DNA of 64,000 nt, taken from contig NC_087436.1 of NCBI RefSeq assembly GCF_036321535.1, positions 58,902,001-58,966,000 of the forward strand. Direction: 5' to 3'. The notes under the pieces were generated by a model. The model searched no databases. It was given only the letters and a program-made list of their open reading frames with translations, and was not told where the DNA came from. This DNA comes from Camelus dromedarius (lineage: Eukaryota). Positions 36,198 to 49,400 of the stretch are shown one piece after another. The translations under genes and the position numbers were made by a program. The stretch's first letter is position 1. Every line of letters begins with the position of its first letter.

Positions 36198-38824
36198 CTC
36201 ATATCTTTAATTCTTCCCTATGTGATGTGATTCTATGGGAAACCTAAACTTCATCATAGATACACATTCAGCAAGTGATTGAATTCACAAAACTCATTTA
36301 TTTCTTAAAAAAGATAGGTTTTTGGTAATCTCAGTGTGGAATTAGCAAATCAGTGGGAAACCACAGAGAAATATTATTTAGAGAGAATGAAAAATAAATC
36401 AGCTTAATATTTTCAAAATATTATTCCTTTTAGAAGCATGCAGATATGTAAAAATGAATAATAACCAAAATATGTCAAGGTTTCTTTCTGTCTTCTCTCT
36501 TAATGTTATGGCTTTCCTATTTTTAAAACTTTTTTGGGAACATATGGTTGATTTTGTAAAGAAAAATTAATGTGGAATGAAGATATTCATTTCTGATGCA
36601 AGGAGAATGAGAAGCATTTGAAAATATAATTGAATTTTTAGTTGAAAATTTTAAACAAAAGAATTTATTCTATAAAATGTTCTCTTTGGAGTTCCATAAA
36701 CTTACATACACATGGGTTCTAAACTAGGTTATGTGGTTGATGAATTAATTCCTAATTATACCTTCTTTGAGCAGAAGAAAAAAAATACATCCCTGACATG
36801 CAAACTCCTCAGTGCTCTTTGTCTCTTTTCCATACTCCCACTTGTCCCTTTTAATGAAATATGAATTTTCTATGTGGGGTTTTGTTTGGTTTTGTTCCCC
36901 AGTAGAAACTGAGAAACAGGTGATGTATATTAGACATTGGAGCTTGGATATGACAGAGCATTTGTTTTGTGATCCTTATAGCAGAACTGGCTAGGAACTG
37001 ATAGCCCAAGGTCAAGCTTCAGTCTTCTGTGAAAAGTAAACAATGAATCTTTTTGAAGCATTTTGACAGGGAAACAATTGTTTCCAGCTGAAAGGACGTT
37101 AAGTGTAGGATGTGAACAGTATAGTGCACATGTCAGAATTCAGAAATGATAGTGGCTTTTGCCTCTAACCTAAGTAGCCCCGCACTGATGGCTCAGAGCA
37201 TTTTAACTGAAGTCAGCATCAGAGTACACAGTTCCTCTCCTTTATTCTGTGGGAAGACTTGTGGCAGTAAGAATTCTTTTTGCTCAGTCTATTCTGAAGA
37301 AAGCAGCACTCTCTAAAGATTTATTGAGACACCAGTCAACATGTAAAATTTAAGTTTTCAATTTTATATTTCCCACTAAATGCAAACTATGTTTCCTGCT
37401 AAACAATCTAGTTTCAAAAACATCAGAGAGCTTTTGTATACTCAGAATTTCATACAGTGCTTGACCCAGGGTAGGTCCTCCATAAATATTCATTCAGTTG
37501 AGCTAAATTTATTTGTCTATTTTATTGAACAATAAATTAGATTATCCTGCTTATAAATTTCAAGAAGGACATTAAATATATGTGATTAAATATAAACTAG
37601 GAACAATGATAAAAGATTTGATATTTTGTGTGGTGTTTATTCATTCTAATATGTGAAACTGGAGGAAGAAATGTAGAAAGGTTGCAAGTGCTTTTCTTTG
37701 TGCAGGGGAAGAAAGCACAAAGAGAAGGGGAGAAATAATGCATAGAACTAAGGAAATAATTAGCAATGAAGAGCCATCATTAGATACACAAATAAAAACA
37801 AAAATTAAACAACAACAACAAAAAACCCTAGGATACAAATTTTTGCTTGGCCCCAATACTTCTCACTTCTTTCTTATTTTTCACTATAACAGATGTCCCT
37901 TTCATCAAAACCTCCTTAAATAAATTGGCTTAGTGCATGTGAACTGAGGATTTCTACAAAATGCAAATGACCTAAATGTCATTTTATTTCATTAAGTTAC
38001 ATATTATTTGGCACAAATAAATGCCATCCAAATTATTCTCAGAGATTCAGGAACATAACATAGTAAGAATGTACTTATTTTAGATGGCTAAGGCAGTAAA
38101 ATTCATAAAAACTCACTTTTCAAAAAGGGCACATGAACCCACATGTACTTAAAATGTGGCCTTTTATGTTCTTGGATTTAATAGATTGCCCATAAGCACA
38201 CTATTTTGTGAATTTTAATGAATGCTTATGAACTTAGGTCAATAAATATTTCATGAATATTCACTAATGATTTATGAGAATTTCACATGGCTGCTATCAA
38301 CTTCTTGAGAATTTTCTATTGGAATTATTTTAGAATAGATACAGTAATACTACAGTTATTTAGATGAAGTCCGCATCCTAATTGCATTATGTTTGTTTTT
38401 CTACAATGTTAATTTCTTCCATCAAATATCTTTTAATTTTAGTTAGCAGAGTCAGAGAGAAAACACTCCGAATGAAAGTCTGCTTATTTTGCTGTATATA
38501 CCATACAACCAACAAGCCCATAGAAATCCGAAAGTTTTTAGATTTTCTCCCCATACATACTTATATGACAACATCCCGGTGGTATTTAATTTTATGTTTG
38601 GACTGCCTTTCTATTTCTTTTGTTTCTATCTACCTCCTTATTTTTTAATCCCTATCTAGTCCCTCTGACTAGCTCCTCACCTCCTGCCTGACACAGAGCA
38701 ATGTAGACTAGCTGGAGGCTCTCAGATAGGGATGGAAGCCTCCAGGAAACGTGTTATGGTGTTAATATGACTTACCGCAGAATTTCTTTTAATGTATGAG
38801 AAAACTGGCAGGGAACATTAATTC

Positions 38825-39020
38825 ACTGAGCTATCATTTTTAAGTCGTCGACTGATTATGAGCACCTGTGCCAGACACTAGAGCTAGAAAGATAAACAAG
38901 AAATAGGTCTGATCCTCAAGGAGGTCGCAGTTAGAAGATAAACATTAACAAAATAATTGCTCTAGAACCACAAAATAAATGTAGCTACAAGATACATGAG
39001 AGACTGAAAGGGGAATGAGC
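38825..39020 (-). mobile_element. L2 3' fragment, antisense
   Basis: attatgagcacctgtgccagacactagagctagaaagataaacaagaaataggtctgatcctcaaggaggtcgcag. Confidence 0.55.
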
Positions 39021-39549
39021 CACGTGAAATTTTAAGACTAGTATTAAAGTATTTGACTACTTGGATTAGTAAAATAATTGTAGTAAAATATTTGATGACT
39101 TGGATTAAAGCAATTTCTAATTATTTTTCCATGTACATTATATATTTGCTCAGGTATATTTGTTACTGTACCATCGGTGACAAATTTAAATGCCAGCTTT
39201 GTTTCATTTTATATCCCAGTTTGTTTATAAATGATATATATATATATATTTCTGGCTTTAAATGAGGTATCCTAATAATTTATAACTAATCTTAATTATA
39301 TTATAAATCATTGAAGAAATTATTATTGGATGACTCTGTTGAAAAATAAAGTATTTGCCATCCAAAAGCAAACATAATTGTTTTGGAATCATGCATGATT
39401 TTAAAGGCTTTTGGTTTCTAATTTCATTAGTAATTTTTCCTCTATAGCCATTTTGCTGACCATAGAGGGTAATTATGTTTTAAGAATAGAATATCGATGA
39501 TATATGAAAGAAAAATTTGGAAAATGTACAATTTTATTTATAGAGATTT

Positions 39550-40485
39550 TTCTTTTTTAAAAGTAACTTTACTGGGGTATATTTGATATAAAAACCTGTA
39601 CGTTTTTCATCTATACAATTTGATGAGTTTGTATGTATGCATATACCTGTGAAACCATCACCACAATCAAAAGTTTCCAATCCAACACCTCCAAATTTTC
39701 CTTGTGTCTTTTTTTTTGTGTGTGTGGTAAGTGTACTTAACATGAGATCTCTTAACAAATTTTGAAGTGCACAATGCAGTATTATTAACTATAGGTAGTA
39801 TGCTGTACGGCAGATCTCTAGAACTAACTCATCTTGTATAACTAAAACTTCATAGCAATTAACTTCCCATTTCTCCCTCTCCCTAGCCTCTGATAACCAC
39901 CATTCTATTCTGTACTCTTTATTTTATGAGTTTGACTATTTTCAGTACCTCATCTAAGCAGAATCATGGACTCTTAAGTAGAATCATTTGGACTGCCAAG
40001 GCAGTCAAAGAAAGATAAACACTGCATGGTTCAGCTCAGCATGGTGTTCTTAGGGTTCATCCAGGTTGTCACAGATGGCAGCATCTTCTTCTTTTTTTTT
40101 AAAATCTGAATAATATTCCATTGTACACATATACTACCTTTTCTTTATCCATTTATCTTTTGATGGTTATTTTGATTGTTTCCATAACCTGGCTATCGTG
40201 AATAGTGCTGCAATGAACATGACAGAGCAGATACCACTTCAAGATCCCAATTTCAGTTCTTTTGGGTATAAACCCAGAAGTGAAATTGTTGAATCACATG
40301 GTAGTTCTAACTTAATTTCTTGGTGAAACTCCATACTGTTTCCACAGTCGCTGCACCATTTTACATTCCCTCTAACAGTTTGGAAGGGTTCCAATTTCTC
40401 CATTTCTCTTTTGCCGACACTTACTTTTTAAAAAATTTTGTTTTGTTTTGTTTTTAATAATAGATATCCTAACTGCTGTGAAGTG
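39550..40485 (-). mobile_element. L1MA9/MB-type 3' end, antisense
   Basis: tgtgtgtggtaagtgtacttaacatgagatct...cagatctctagaact...ctgcaccattttacattccc...ctaactgctgtgaagtga. Confidence 0.85.
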
Positions 40486-40871
40486 AGTTTATCACTTTTT
40501 TGTTATTGTTATTCTTCTGCCATGTGTTTCTAAAGTTACTGCCTACTTGGCTACAAAGTAAAAGACAAAATTTGCAATGAAAACACTACAGTAATTATAT
40601 AAAAACTTTACCCTTTTGAACTCTTAGGAATATGACTTGATAATACTATGCTTATGTTTGATACATATCCTCAGGATGTATATACTTGGCCCAGAAACCT
40701 TTTTACGCTACAGTTTTCATCCCCTCCTTCACCATATTTGACTTCTTAAATCTACCAGTAGTCTTTTATTTTTTTTAATTAGTAAAATTGAGCTATTAAT
40801 AAATAATAAAATGATTTCTGTTTATCAGTAAATGGTTATAATCATAAACTGCTTTGTTTTACTTTCATCTA

Positions 40872-40937
40872 TTTTTTATTGAAATACAGTCAGTTTACAA
40901 TGTTAGTTTCTGATGTACAGCATAGTGATTCAGTTAT

Positions 40938-40968
<31 letters not shown>

Positions 40969-41352
40969 TCCTTTTCATACTATTTTTCTTTATAGGCTAT
41001 TACAAAGTACTGAATATAGTTCCTTGTGCTGTACAGTAGGACCTTGTTGTTTATCTATTTTATATATAGTAGTTAGTATCTGCAAATCCTGAACTCCCAA
41101 TTTATCCTTCCACCCCTACTGCCCTTTCCCATCTGGTAACTGTAAGTTTGTTTTTTATGTTTGTAAGTCTGTTTCTGTTTTGTAGATTAGTTCATTTGTG
41201 CCATTTTTTTAAGATTCCACAAATAAGTGATATCATATGATATTTTTCTTTCTCTTTCTGGCTTACTTCACTTAGTATTATGATCTCCAGTTCCATCCAT
41301 ATTGCTGCAAATGGCATTATATTTTTTATGGCTGAGTAGCATTCCATTGTAT
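40872..41352 (-). mobile_element. Young L1 3' end (same family as 7141-8706), with internal (TA)n
   Basis: Near-identical to the 7165-7660 segment (tattgaaatacagtcagtttacaatgtt...ggctgagtagcattccattgt). Confidence 0.9.
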
Positions 41353-42136
41353 GCATAGGCTATTTTATATCTTGACATAACTATATTTTCCATAAAATAT
41401 AATTAAAACCTATAAATGTTCAATAAAATCTTCAAATGTAATTGTGTGTTAATCATTAAGTATGGCTTTGTTTCTTTCCTTGCTATTAGAAAATAAACTG
41501 ATAAATTGATCACATAAGGTAAATAAAAAAGAGGAGCAAATTTCTGCCAATAAATCATTAAATTTTTCCAATGAATAGATAGCTTCAGCTATCCCCTCAG
41601 ATCCAGGAAAAGTGAAAGAAAACTTTAATGGTTGGATACTGTGCTAATAGTTACTTATTATCTACCTAATAAAAGGAAAGTCTGCTGTTTCTCTTTTTAG
41701 CTAATTTTATTTTATGTTGCTGTTGAATATGAAATGCAATGATCAGATCAGAAGTTGCAGAAAGATTTTAAATTACTTAAAAATTTCAGCAAAACTAAAA
41801 TTCACTTAATGCCTTAAAAGAATACAAAATTGCATGTAAATAAACACATTTGATTTTAATATTAAAATAATTAGTGTATTGCATATATTTTATTATATTA
41901 ACCACTGATTCCATTGAAAGCAAGATAATAAAATTTCCTTTTGGCTTCCATAATTCTGAGAAAAAGACTCTATATGGAGTTCCAGTGCATTTCCTTATAC
42001 CTACCCCCTCTCAAACACAAACAAGCAAAACTTAGATGCTGCTATTTAAAACATTTATCAGCAAACTTTTCCTTTGGGAATTTGAAAGCAAGCCCAATGA
42101 GTGAGTGTTTTTTATAACTCACCATACAGACTATGT

Positions 42137-42615
42137 TGTATTAGTTAGCTTTAGCTGCATAAAAGTATCACTCCAAAAACTAGTTTCTTAAATAACCATT
42201 TCTTATTTCCCACAAATTTCTGTGTTGACGAGACAGTTCAGCTGATGTAGGCTAGTCTCTGTTGATGTCAGCTGGTCTTGTCTAGGCACCTGTGGTCACT
42301 CGGCAGGTCATCGAGGACTTGTTGATCTAGGTGGCCTGATACGTATGCCTGGCAATTGGAGCTATATATTAGTTGAGGTTACAGGAGTGATATGATTATT
42401 GTTTTTCATCAAGCAACACGCTACCCTGGGAATTTTTACAAATGAGATGGCATCTTTCAGTAGCACCAAGAAGGGGAAATCCCCATGCAGAAGCAATTTT
42501 CAACTTTCTGCTTGTGCCACATTTGCCACTTTTCTATTAGCCAAAGAAATTTGCATGGCTGGGTTCAGAGTCAGTGTCAGAGGCAATAATCTGAGGGCAT
42601 AGATACAGGGGGAAC
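42137..42615 (-). mobile_element. MaLR LTR (MLT1H/I-like)
   Basis: tgtattagttagctttagctgcataaaagtatcactccaaaaactagt...ttagccaaagaaatttgcatggctgggttcagagtcagtgt. Confidence 0.7.
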
Positions 42616-43969
42616 TGAGTAAAACTATGAGAAATTTTATGTCTTTGAATATTTGATTTCTTCTGCAAAGATACATGATATCAGAGATTTTATTTTGTAA
42701 AGACTAGGCTGGTATACAAAGGAAGGCTGCATGAGGAATTGGCTTCAACTACAGAGACAGTGAAACTAATAATAAAAAATGAAGCCAACATTACTGGGTA
42801 TTGTCCAGGGCTGCTATACAAACTGATGTTTTCTTTCAAAAATTGTTTTCTTCTCCATTTTGGTCCCAGTGTAAACATTTATAAGCTATTAAGTGCCTGA
42901 GTGATTTGAAATACAAACTGATCCAAATTATCAGTGCCAACAGCCTAGGAAGTAATAGCCAACTGACCAAATATGGTATGAAGATGGAAGTAAATTATGA
43001 TTTCTGAAACTTCTGCATATTTTTTGAAAATTAATTTCCAAATGAAATGGCACATCTGTCCAGATGGCATTTGGACAATTAATAATATCATAAATCATTA
43101 CTTTTTTATGTGAGGAAAATGTTTACTACAGTCCAACATCATTATTCAGTAAACAGTGAAACTTTAGAATGGTAGATCACAGACTAAACGCTGCAGTCAT
43201 TCATTTTTGTTCAATTATTCAAACTTTTTGATTTATTTACATTATTTAATTTCTTCATGCATCATTTGCATGGTGGAAATATTAATGCTGACTTAATAGG
43301 ATAATTGCAAGAAATACTTAATGAATATTTTAGACATTCTAAAATGGAAAAACGCTGTATACCTTCTGTTCCACTGCAATTAGATAGGGGCATTCTTAAA
43401 GAAGCATACATTGTCAAAGCAATATGCATTACAATACGAATTGTTTGAGTAGAAAAAAGACATTTATGCATTATAGAATTTTTTTACCCACTGCTTTAGT
43501 AGAGAATATGTAAAACCACACCAATGTAATATGCCTCTAAGGTAAGAGACAGTATTCTTTTCCAAATAAGAGTAGGATTTCCAGAAGATCCTAATTCCAA
43601 ACTGAAACAATAATAGTGTTTGGAATAATGAAGTCATATTCCGTAAGATTCCATCACATTATAGGTAAATTTGCATTACAAAAACTGTATAGTCAAACAT
43701 ACAGAGTAATAAGCAACCACTTGAAATATTTGTTTTTATGGCATACCACTAATTAAAATTTTTGATGCACTCCCTCAGAGACTATATTTAGTCATCACTT
43801 TTGAAAAAAAAATTGTTTCTAAATATATATGAGAATGTCTACATTTTGCACTTTCTACCCAAGAGTAAATATTGAAAAAGTTTTGTGAATGAATCTCAAA
43901 AGTAATTTGAGAGAAGAATTTTTGGTGAAAATAATGACAACTTTAAATAAAATAGTGTCTTCTAGGGAA

Positions 43970-44000
<31 letters not shown>

Positions 44001-44007
44001 CTGTGTG
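43970..44007. repeat. (TG)n microsatellite
   Basis: Direct reading. Confidence 0.9.
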
Positions 44008-44529
44008 AATTTCACTTCTGATTTTAGACCTTTAACAAAATATTAGTGCTTAATAGATACTGGACTGTATTCTTAGAGAACTAGAAATGTCTCAAAAGTT
44101 ATGATACACTTATGAGTATATTAGTATTTTACTAATTTCACAGTAAGAAAATTGAGGTTGAGTAGCTTGCCCAAAGTCACGTAACTATTACACGTTGAAA
44201 TACAAAAGCTGATCTTTGAGTTTTTTAAATATACAAGATTTAGCTTGAAACTAAATAGTTTATTTGTGTGATTATATCCCAGCCTTTGGTCCTTTTGTTC
44301 CTTCCTGAAAATCTTCTACTGTAAAAATACTCAGAATGCGGTGCGTATCTCACTGCTCTTTTCTCTCTAGATCTGGTCTTGAAAATTCTCAATATTTTAA
44401 TTGTTTACTGATTCTTCTGATTTTTTCCTTCAGATTTTGTCAAATTTTTCTAATTGTCCCTGTAATTAGGTTAGTCTGCAATATGCTTCTTCACCATTCC
44501 TGGAATCAGAACTCTTCATACTCTATTCA

Positions 44530-44965
44530 TGTATCTCAGGTGCTCCATTAGCACGTACCAGGACAGGACTGGGCTTACAAAAGATTTGTTTTGCAAAATT
44601 CCTGTGTAAGATAGAGGAGCAGAGCAGGCATAGGTAGAGAGCCTGCAAACTGCAATGTTGGTCTGACATTTGTTCAAGAAGGGAAGGCAGGCATAGAAAG
44701 AGCCTGAGACTTCAGTGCAGCTCTGAGAAAGTCTCAGCCAGGCCAATAGGGAAGCCCAGGACAAAGATCACCTACTAGAATTGTCCCGTATTAGGCAGGA
44801 ATGGCTCCACCAAGCTCCAACACTGTCTGGGAGCACCCAGGGAGCATGGACTTGGTAGTGCAAATCCAGATGGTGGAGCAGGTGAAGGCTGGGCGCTACA
44901 TTTCCTGCAAGTCTCTTCTGAAGGAAGACTTGAGCAGTGTAGTCCTGTGGCTCTTGCAACTGCAA
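44530..44965 (-). mobile_element. ERVL LTR (LTR40/LTR16-like)
   Basis: gcagctctgagaaagtctcagccaggccaatagggaagcccaggacaaagatcacctactagaattgtcccgtattaggcaggaatgg. Confidence 0.65.
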
Positions 44966-47001
44966 TCTTATCACTGTTCTGTTTTACTTTGTTCTTTCAT
45001 TATTTGTTTTCTCCTCTAAGTATGAGATAAAGTTCAGTTCTGATTTTTAAGGTTAATAAAAATATTAAATGAGAAAACAGAAATGTATGGTGGAACACCT
45101 AGAAGTGCTATTCAAATCCTAATTATCATGTTATTCCTTAGATATAGTTCTAGACAACAAATACTCAAAGTAGATAATAAATGTGAGTTTTGGCAAACTA
45201 CTGTCCATCTTGATACACTAATGTCATATGCGTTAAGACATTTCTAATCGAAGTAACAGTACTTCAGGCATACTCTGTCTAAGTCCATGATTAGAATTTG
45301 GTATTGTTTTTTGTAAGCTTAGTTCAAAATAACATGTGATTTTCCATGGCCAGCACTTAATTGAGAAACTTTAAATAATTCCAAAATAGTAATCAGCTTT
45401 GAATTTCCGAGAGGAAATGTGTATATCAGAAGGTGCTAATATTAATCGTAATTCCTGGCAATAAACATCTTAATCAACAGAATTTATAGACTACCAAATT
45501 TCATATGGGTATGTACTAAATTATTTACAATAAGAAAATACATAGACAAAGTATGTAGACAAAGGTTCTTCCTTTCAAACCATATGTAATTCTTCTGGCT
45601 AGATGAAACTTTAATTTCGAAGTCATTTACATTTTAAGAAGATTAAGAAACGAACTATAATGTTAACAAATGGTAGAAAATGATCTGCAGTTTTTACTGT
45701 TATTATAAGTTTATATTTCAGTAAAAATTTCATAATCAATTTTTCCATGTCCCATCAGTTTGTGACACTATATTTTTTATTAATACATGTGTGTAAATAT
45801 CTGAAATGTCAAGAAAGACAGACTTATATTCAGTTGGATAATAATTATTTCTCTATTAAAATCAATTGGATTGTACCTGCTATGGGTGAATTTGGGGGAT
45901 AGGGTAGAAGAGTGAAAATTATAAAATTATGACTAATATGTAATATCATATATAATTAAAATACATTGCTTCAAAATATTGATTGTTATTAAAAATTCAA
46001 ACAACAAAAAACAACTTGGTACATGTATTTAAAGGTTTTTTTTTTTGTCTTTTTCACTGCATAGGAATAAACAAGTAAAACTAAATAACCCCAAACCATT
46101 TTACTGTGTTCTTATAAATTACCACTCCTGTGGAACCTCCAAATTACACTAAGAAATGCACATTTATTATTATTCCAAAGGTTTCAGAGAAATCAATAAA
46201 CACACATGAAAAATTCTTCTCACTTGTACCTTTAGGATAATGACTTTCAACCTTTTGTGTGCTTCTGTTATACTTCTGATTAGCAAATTTTTTATAACAC
46301 ACATGACAATATTATTTTACCATAACACAATTAAAGAGGAATAATGAAAATCTATCATTAGTACAATAATTTAATGTTGTGCATTACTTATAAAAGCATC
46401 TGTATTAATTGTCTTCTTCCAACATAATATTCATATTCACTGTGGCAAAATTTTTAAAAAATGACTTGATGACACACTGATTGAGAACTTATGCCTTGGT
46501 TATGGATACTCAGCTATGCCTCACTCACTCTGAATATTACATCATAGCATCATGAAATCTTCATAGAAACATTTTTAAAGTAACATGCCCAAAATTACAG
46601 AATAAAATGTCTCTACCTATTCCTTTTCTTCTTTTAAGACGTGGTCCTGTGGGCTCATTTCCAAATAGATGAAAGATCTCAAACAATGAATAATAAATTT
46701 AACTTTTTGTCCTAGTATACTCTTGATAGATGACAGTGTTTTCAGAAAACTGGCTAATCACCAAAACTGCAGTTAGCCATGTACCAAATTGATTAGCAAG
46801 AAAAATGCACTTCCCTTTGAAAGTTTTCTACAGGATGAAATATTTTGGAAGTAGGCTAGAATACAGATATCTACTGGATATGTTGTTTCCACCAGTTTAG
46901 AAAAATGTGAGGATGCTGTAAAATTTATGTTGAATGAAAAAATTTAACCCATTAGTAACTTAAGACTTAAAATATAATCAACATTAATGAAATAAATGTG
47001 G

Positions 47002-47007
<6 letters not shown>

Positions 47008-47033
<26 letters not shown>

Positions 47034-47072
47034 ATTACATATATATACATATCTTTAAGTTATGTATATATT
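47008..47072. repeat. (TA)n microsatellite
   Basis: Direct reading. Confidence 0.85.
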
Positions 47073-47544
47073 ATATATTTGGTAAGCTTTTCCCTCCTTC
47101 CCATTTGCAAGAGCTGTTACTAATATTGATGAACAAAGAAAAAACACTAAGAATCATGAAGACATGCTAAGAAATGGGCATGGCGAGTGTTAAGAAACAG
47201 AGGCTTTTGAGTAACACCGTATGGGAGCAAGAATAAATTACAAGTACCAAGAGAAAGAAATTGAATTTTCCATATGTTATCTGGTAACTGTCTTTACAAC
47301 CTGGCTTTCATTTGTAACAGAAAATCTATTTAAGATTCTCAAATACTTATATATAATCAGCTCCCAACCTTTAAAAAGAAGGTTTTTCTCCTAGTGGTGA
47401 AATAACGAGGCTTCTATTCTCTGGAATGAGTTAAACAGGAGGGGAGAAGTCTTCAAAGTTGTCAGTGCTTTCAACAGCAGATACTGTCTGTACAGTCAGA
47501 TGATCCCAGACCACGTAGAAATCTGTATTACAACTGGGAATGCA

Positions 47545-47828
47545 GAGGATTCCGGTTCGAGAGGGTGACGTAGAAAGATTCTGAGCACACTTTCTCCCAC
47601 AAATATGCTGAATCTATAGCTATACAGTTTATGGAACAATTTCCTCTGGGGAAAAAAACCCCTAAAAACTGGCAGAGTGACCCCTTCACATTGGGCAAAC
47701 CACCCTGAAGTGGGTCGGAATGTCTGAGACACAATTTTGCCATAAATCCCACCCTAGCCTAGTAAACTCAAAACCTAGAGTTTTATCCTGCATCTGTCTC
47801 CTCAACTTTTAAGACCAGCACTTAAGAG
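47545..47828 (+). mobile_element. Isolated L1 5'UTR fragment (L1MA-type 5' end)
   Basis: gaggattccggttcgagagggtgacgtagaaagattctgagcacactttctcccac...tatggaacaatttcctctg; collinear similarity to the L1 start at 19610-19710. Confidence 0.7.
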
Positions 47829-49189
47829 AACTGGGAACATACAGTTCCCAGAGAGAACTGGGAATACATAAAGTAAACAGAAAGAAAACAAGTAATGAAA
47901 AAGAAATCTTACCATCCGTTCCAAGAAAAAGTGTTAAAAATTTCAGAGCACTAAAGTATAGTCAGTCTGAATTGCTCCATCTCCAGATATAATTTGGCTA
48001 GAGCTTTATGGTCCTGTTTGATCAAAGTAAAATAAGTTTATAATCTACTATTGATACTGCTTTCCTTTATCTGGATTTTATAAAGCCAAAGTAAAAATGT
48101 TCTTGTGAATCTGAGTGGGTGAAACAAAAATTGAACCAAATATTTTTTGAGCTGTACAACTCAGTTTATTCAGGGTTAAAAACAATTTTAAAATATAAAT
48201 GATGATAGTAGCTTTTCACAGAGTAATAGGAATTAAGCTTTTATCACTGCAATTTTCAATACTTGACCCAGAACCTTGATGAGAGGGTTACAGCTGACAT
48301 GGGAAAGTGTTATTTTAAGTACTTTCATCAAAGACATATATTGCTGAGAAACAATTTTTGAGTGAGGCGTTTATATAGTACCCTTTTATAACCCATACTA
48401 AAATTTACGACTGTGGCTGTCATACTTCAGTGGAGCTAAAATATTGTGGACTAGAATCTGATCAATAACATACTTCAAGTAGAACAAAATGTAGAATATC
48501 AATAGTTTCACTACATTATTTTTCAAAACACATTACCTAATCTGTGTGGTAGTTATAGAAGAAAATACAATATACAGGTTGCAAAATGATATATAAAATA
48601 TAAAATAGTGATGCCATCCTCAGGTATTTCTATTCAAGTTTTTGCTCTTTAGGTTTTGTGGTTTTATGACATTAACCACAAAATTGCAAACTGGAAGTAA
48701 AGCACACAACACCAACATCCAAAATTTATCTCATTGTCTTTGAATACCTTCTTTCAATCTGATTTCCGCTGGCCAAAGTGAAAATAAAAAGATCAGCTGT
48801 AAAGAATGGGGGGGATTCATTTTCCTTAGATTGCTTTTAATGTGTAAGCATCTAGGAAGTTTTAATTTTTTTCCTATGGAAATCCCTTGCCTACCAGGGA
48901 CAGAAGTGTGACTTTCAGGAAAGACTTGTCCCCTTTTGTTAGTTATAAGTAATTTCTGTGAGAGAGAATTTCTTTTTATGGACTTCTGCTGAACAGGAGA
49001 AACATTTTTCGAGGACACCACTCATGTAAGTTTCCTTAGAAAGTTACCGGGAGAGACCGTGTGAGACAACAAGGGGTTAGTCAAAGTCCCCAACCCAAGT
49101 ATATGACTTCTGTGTTAAAAAAGGGCAACCACAATGATGATGATGAGGTTAATAATTAAGTTATATAATTAATACTTATATGTATTATA

Positions 49190-49400
49190 TATTTACTTAT
49201 AAATGCTATAACATTTCTGAGTGCATCCTATGTGTCAAGATCTATACTAAGAATTTTTAAAATGTTTTTTAAAATAATCTCAAAAACTCTTTGTGAGTTT
49301 TGTTAATGATATCCCGTTTTATAAATGAAAACAATAAAACTTAGAGGCATTAAACAATTAACCCAAGGTTACATCAAGAGACAGAGTCAAGTCTACACAG
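49190..49400 (-). mobile_element. MIR SINE
   Basis: tttctgagtgcatcctatgtgtcaaga...tatcccgttttataaatgaaaac...attaaacaattaacccaaggttaca. Confidence 0.65.

Noticed and set aside
48940..49031. Possible exon ending at CAT/GTAAGT
   Set aside because: A good donor motif, but no convincing acceptor, reading frame or recognisable protein.
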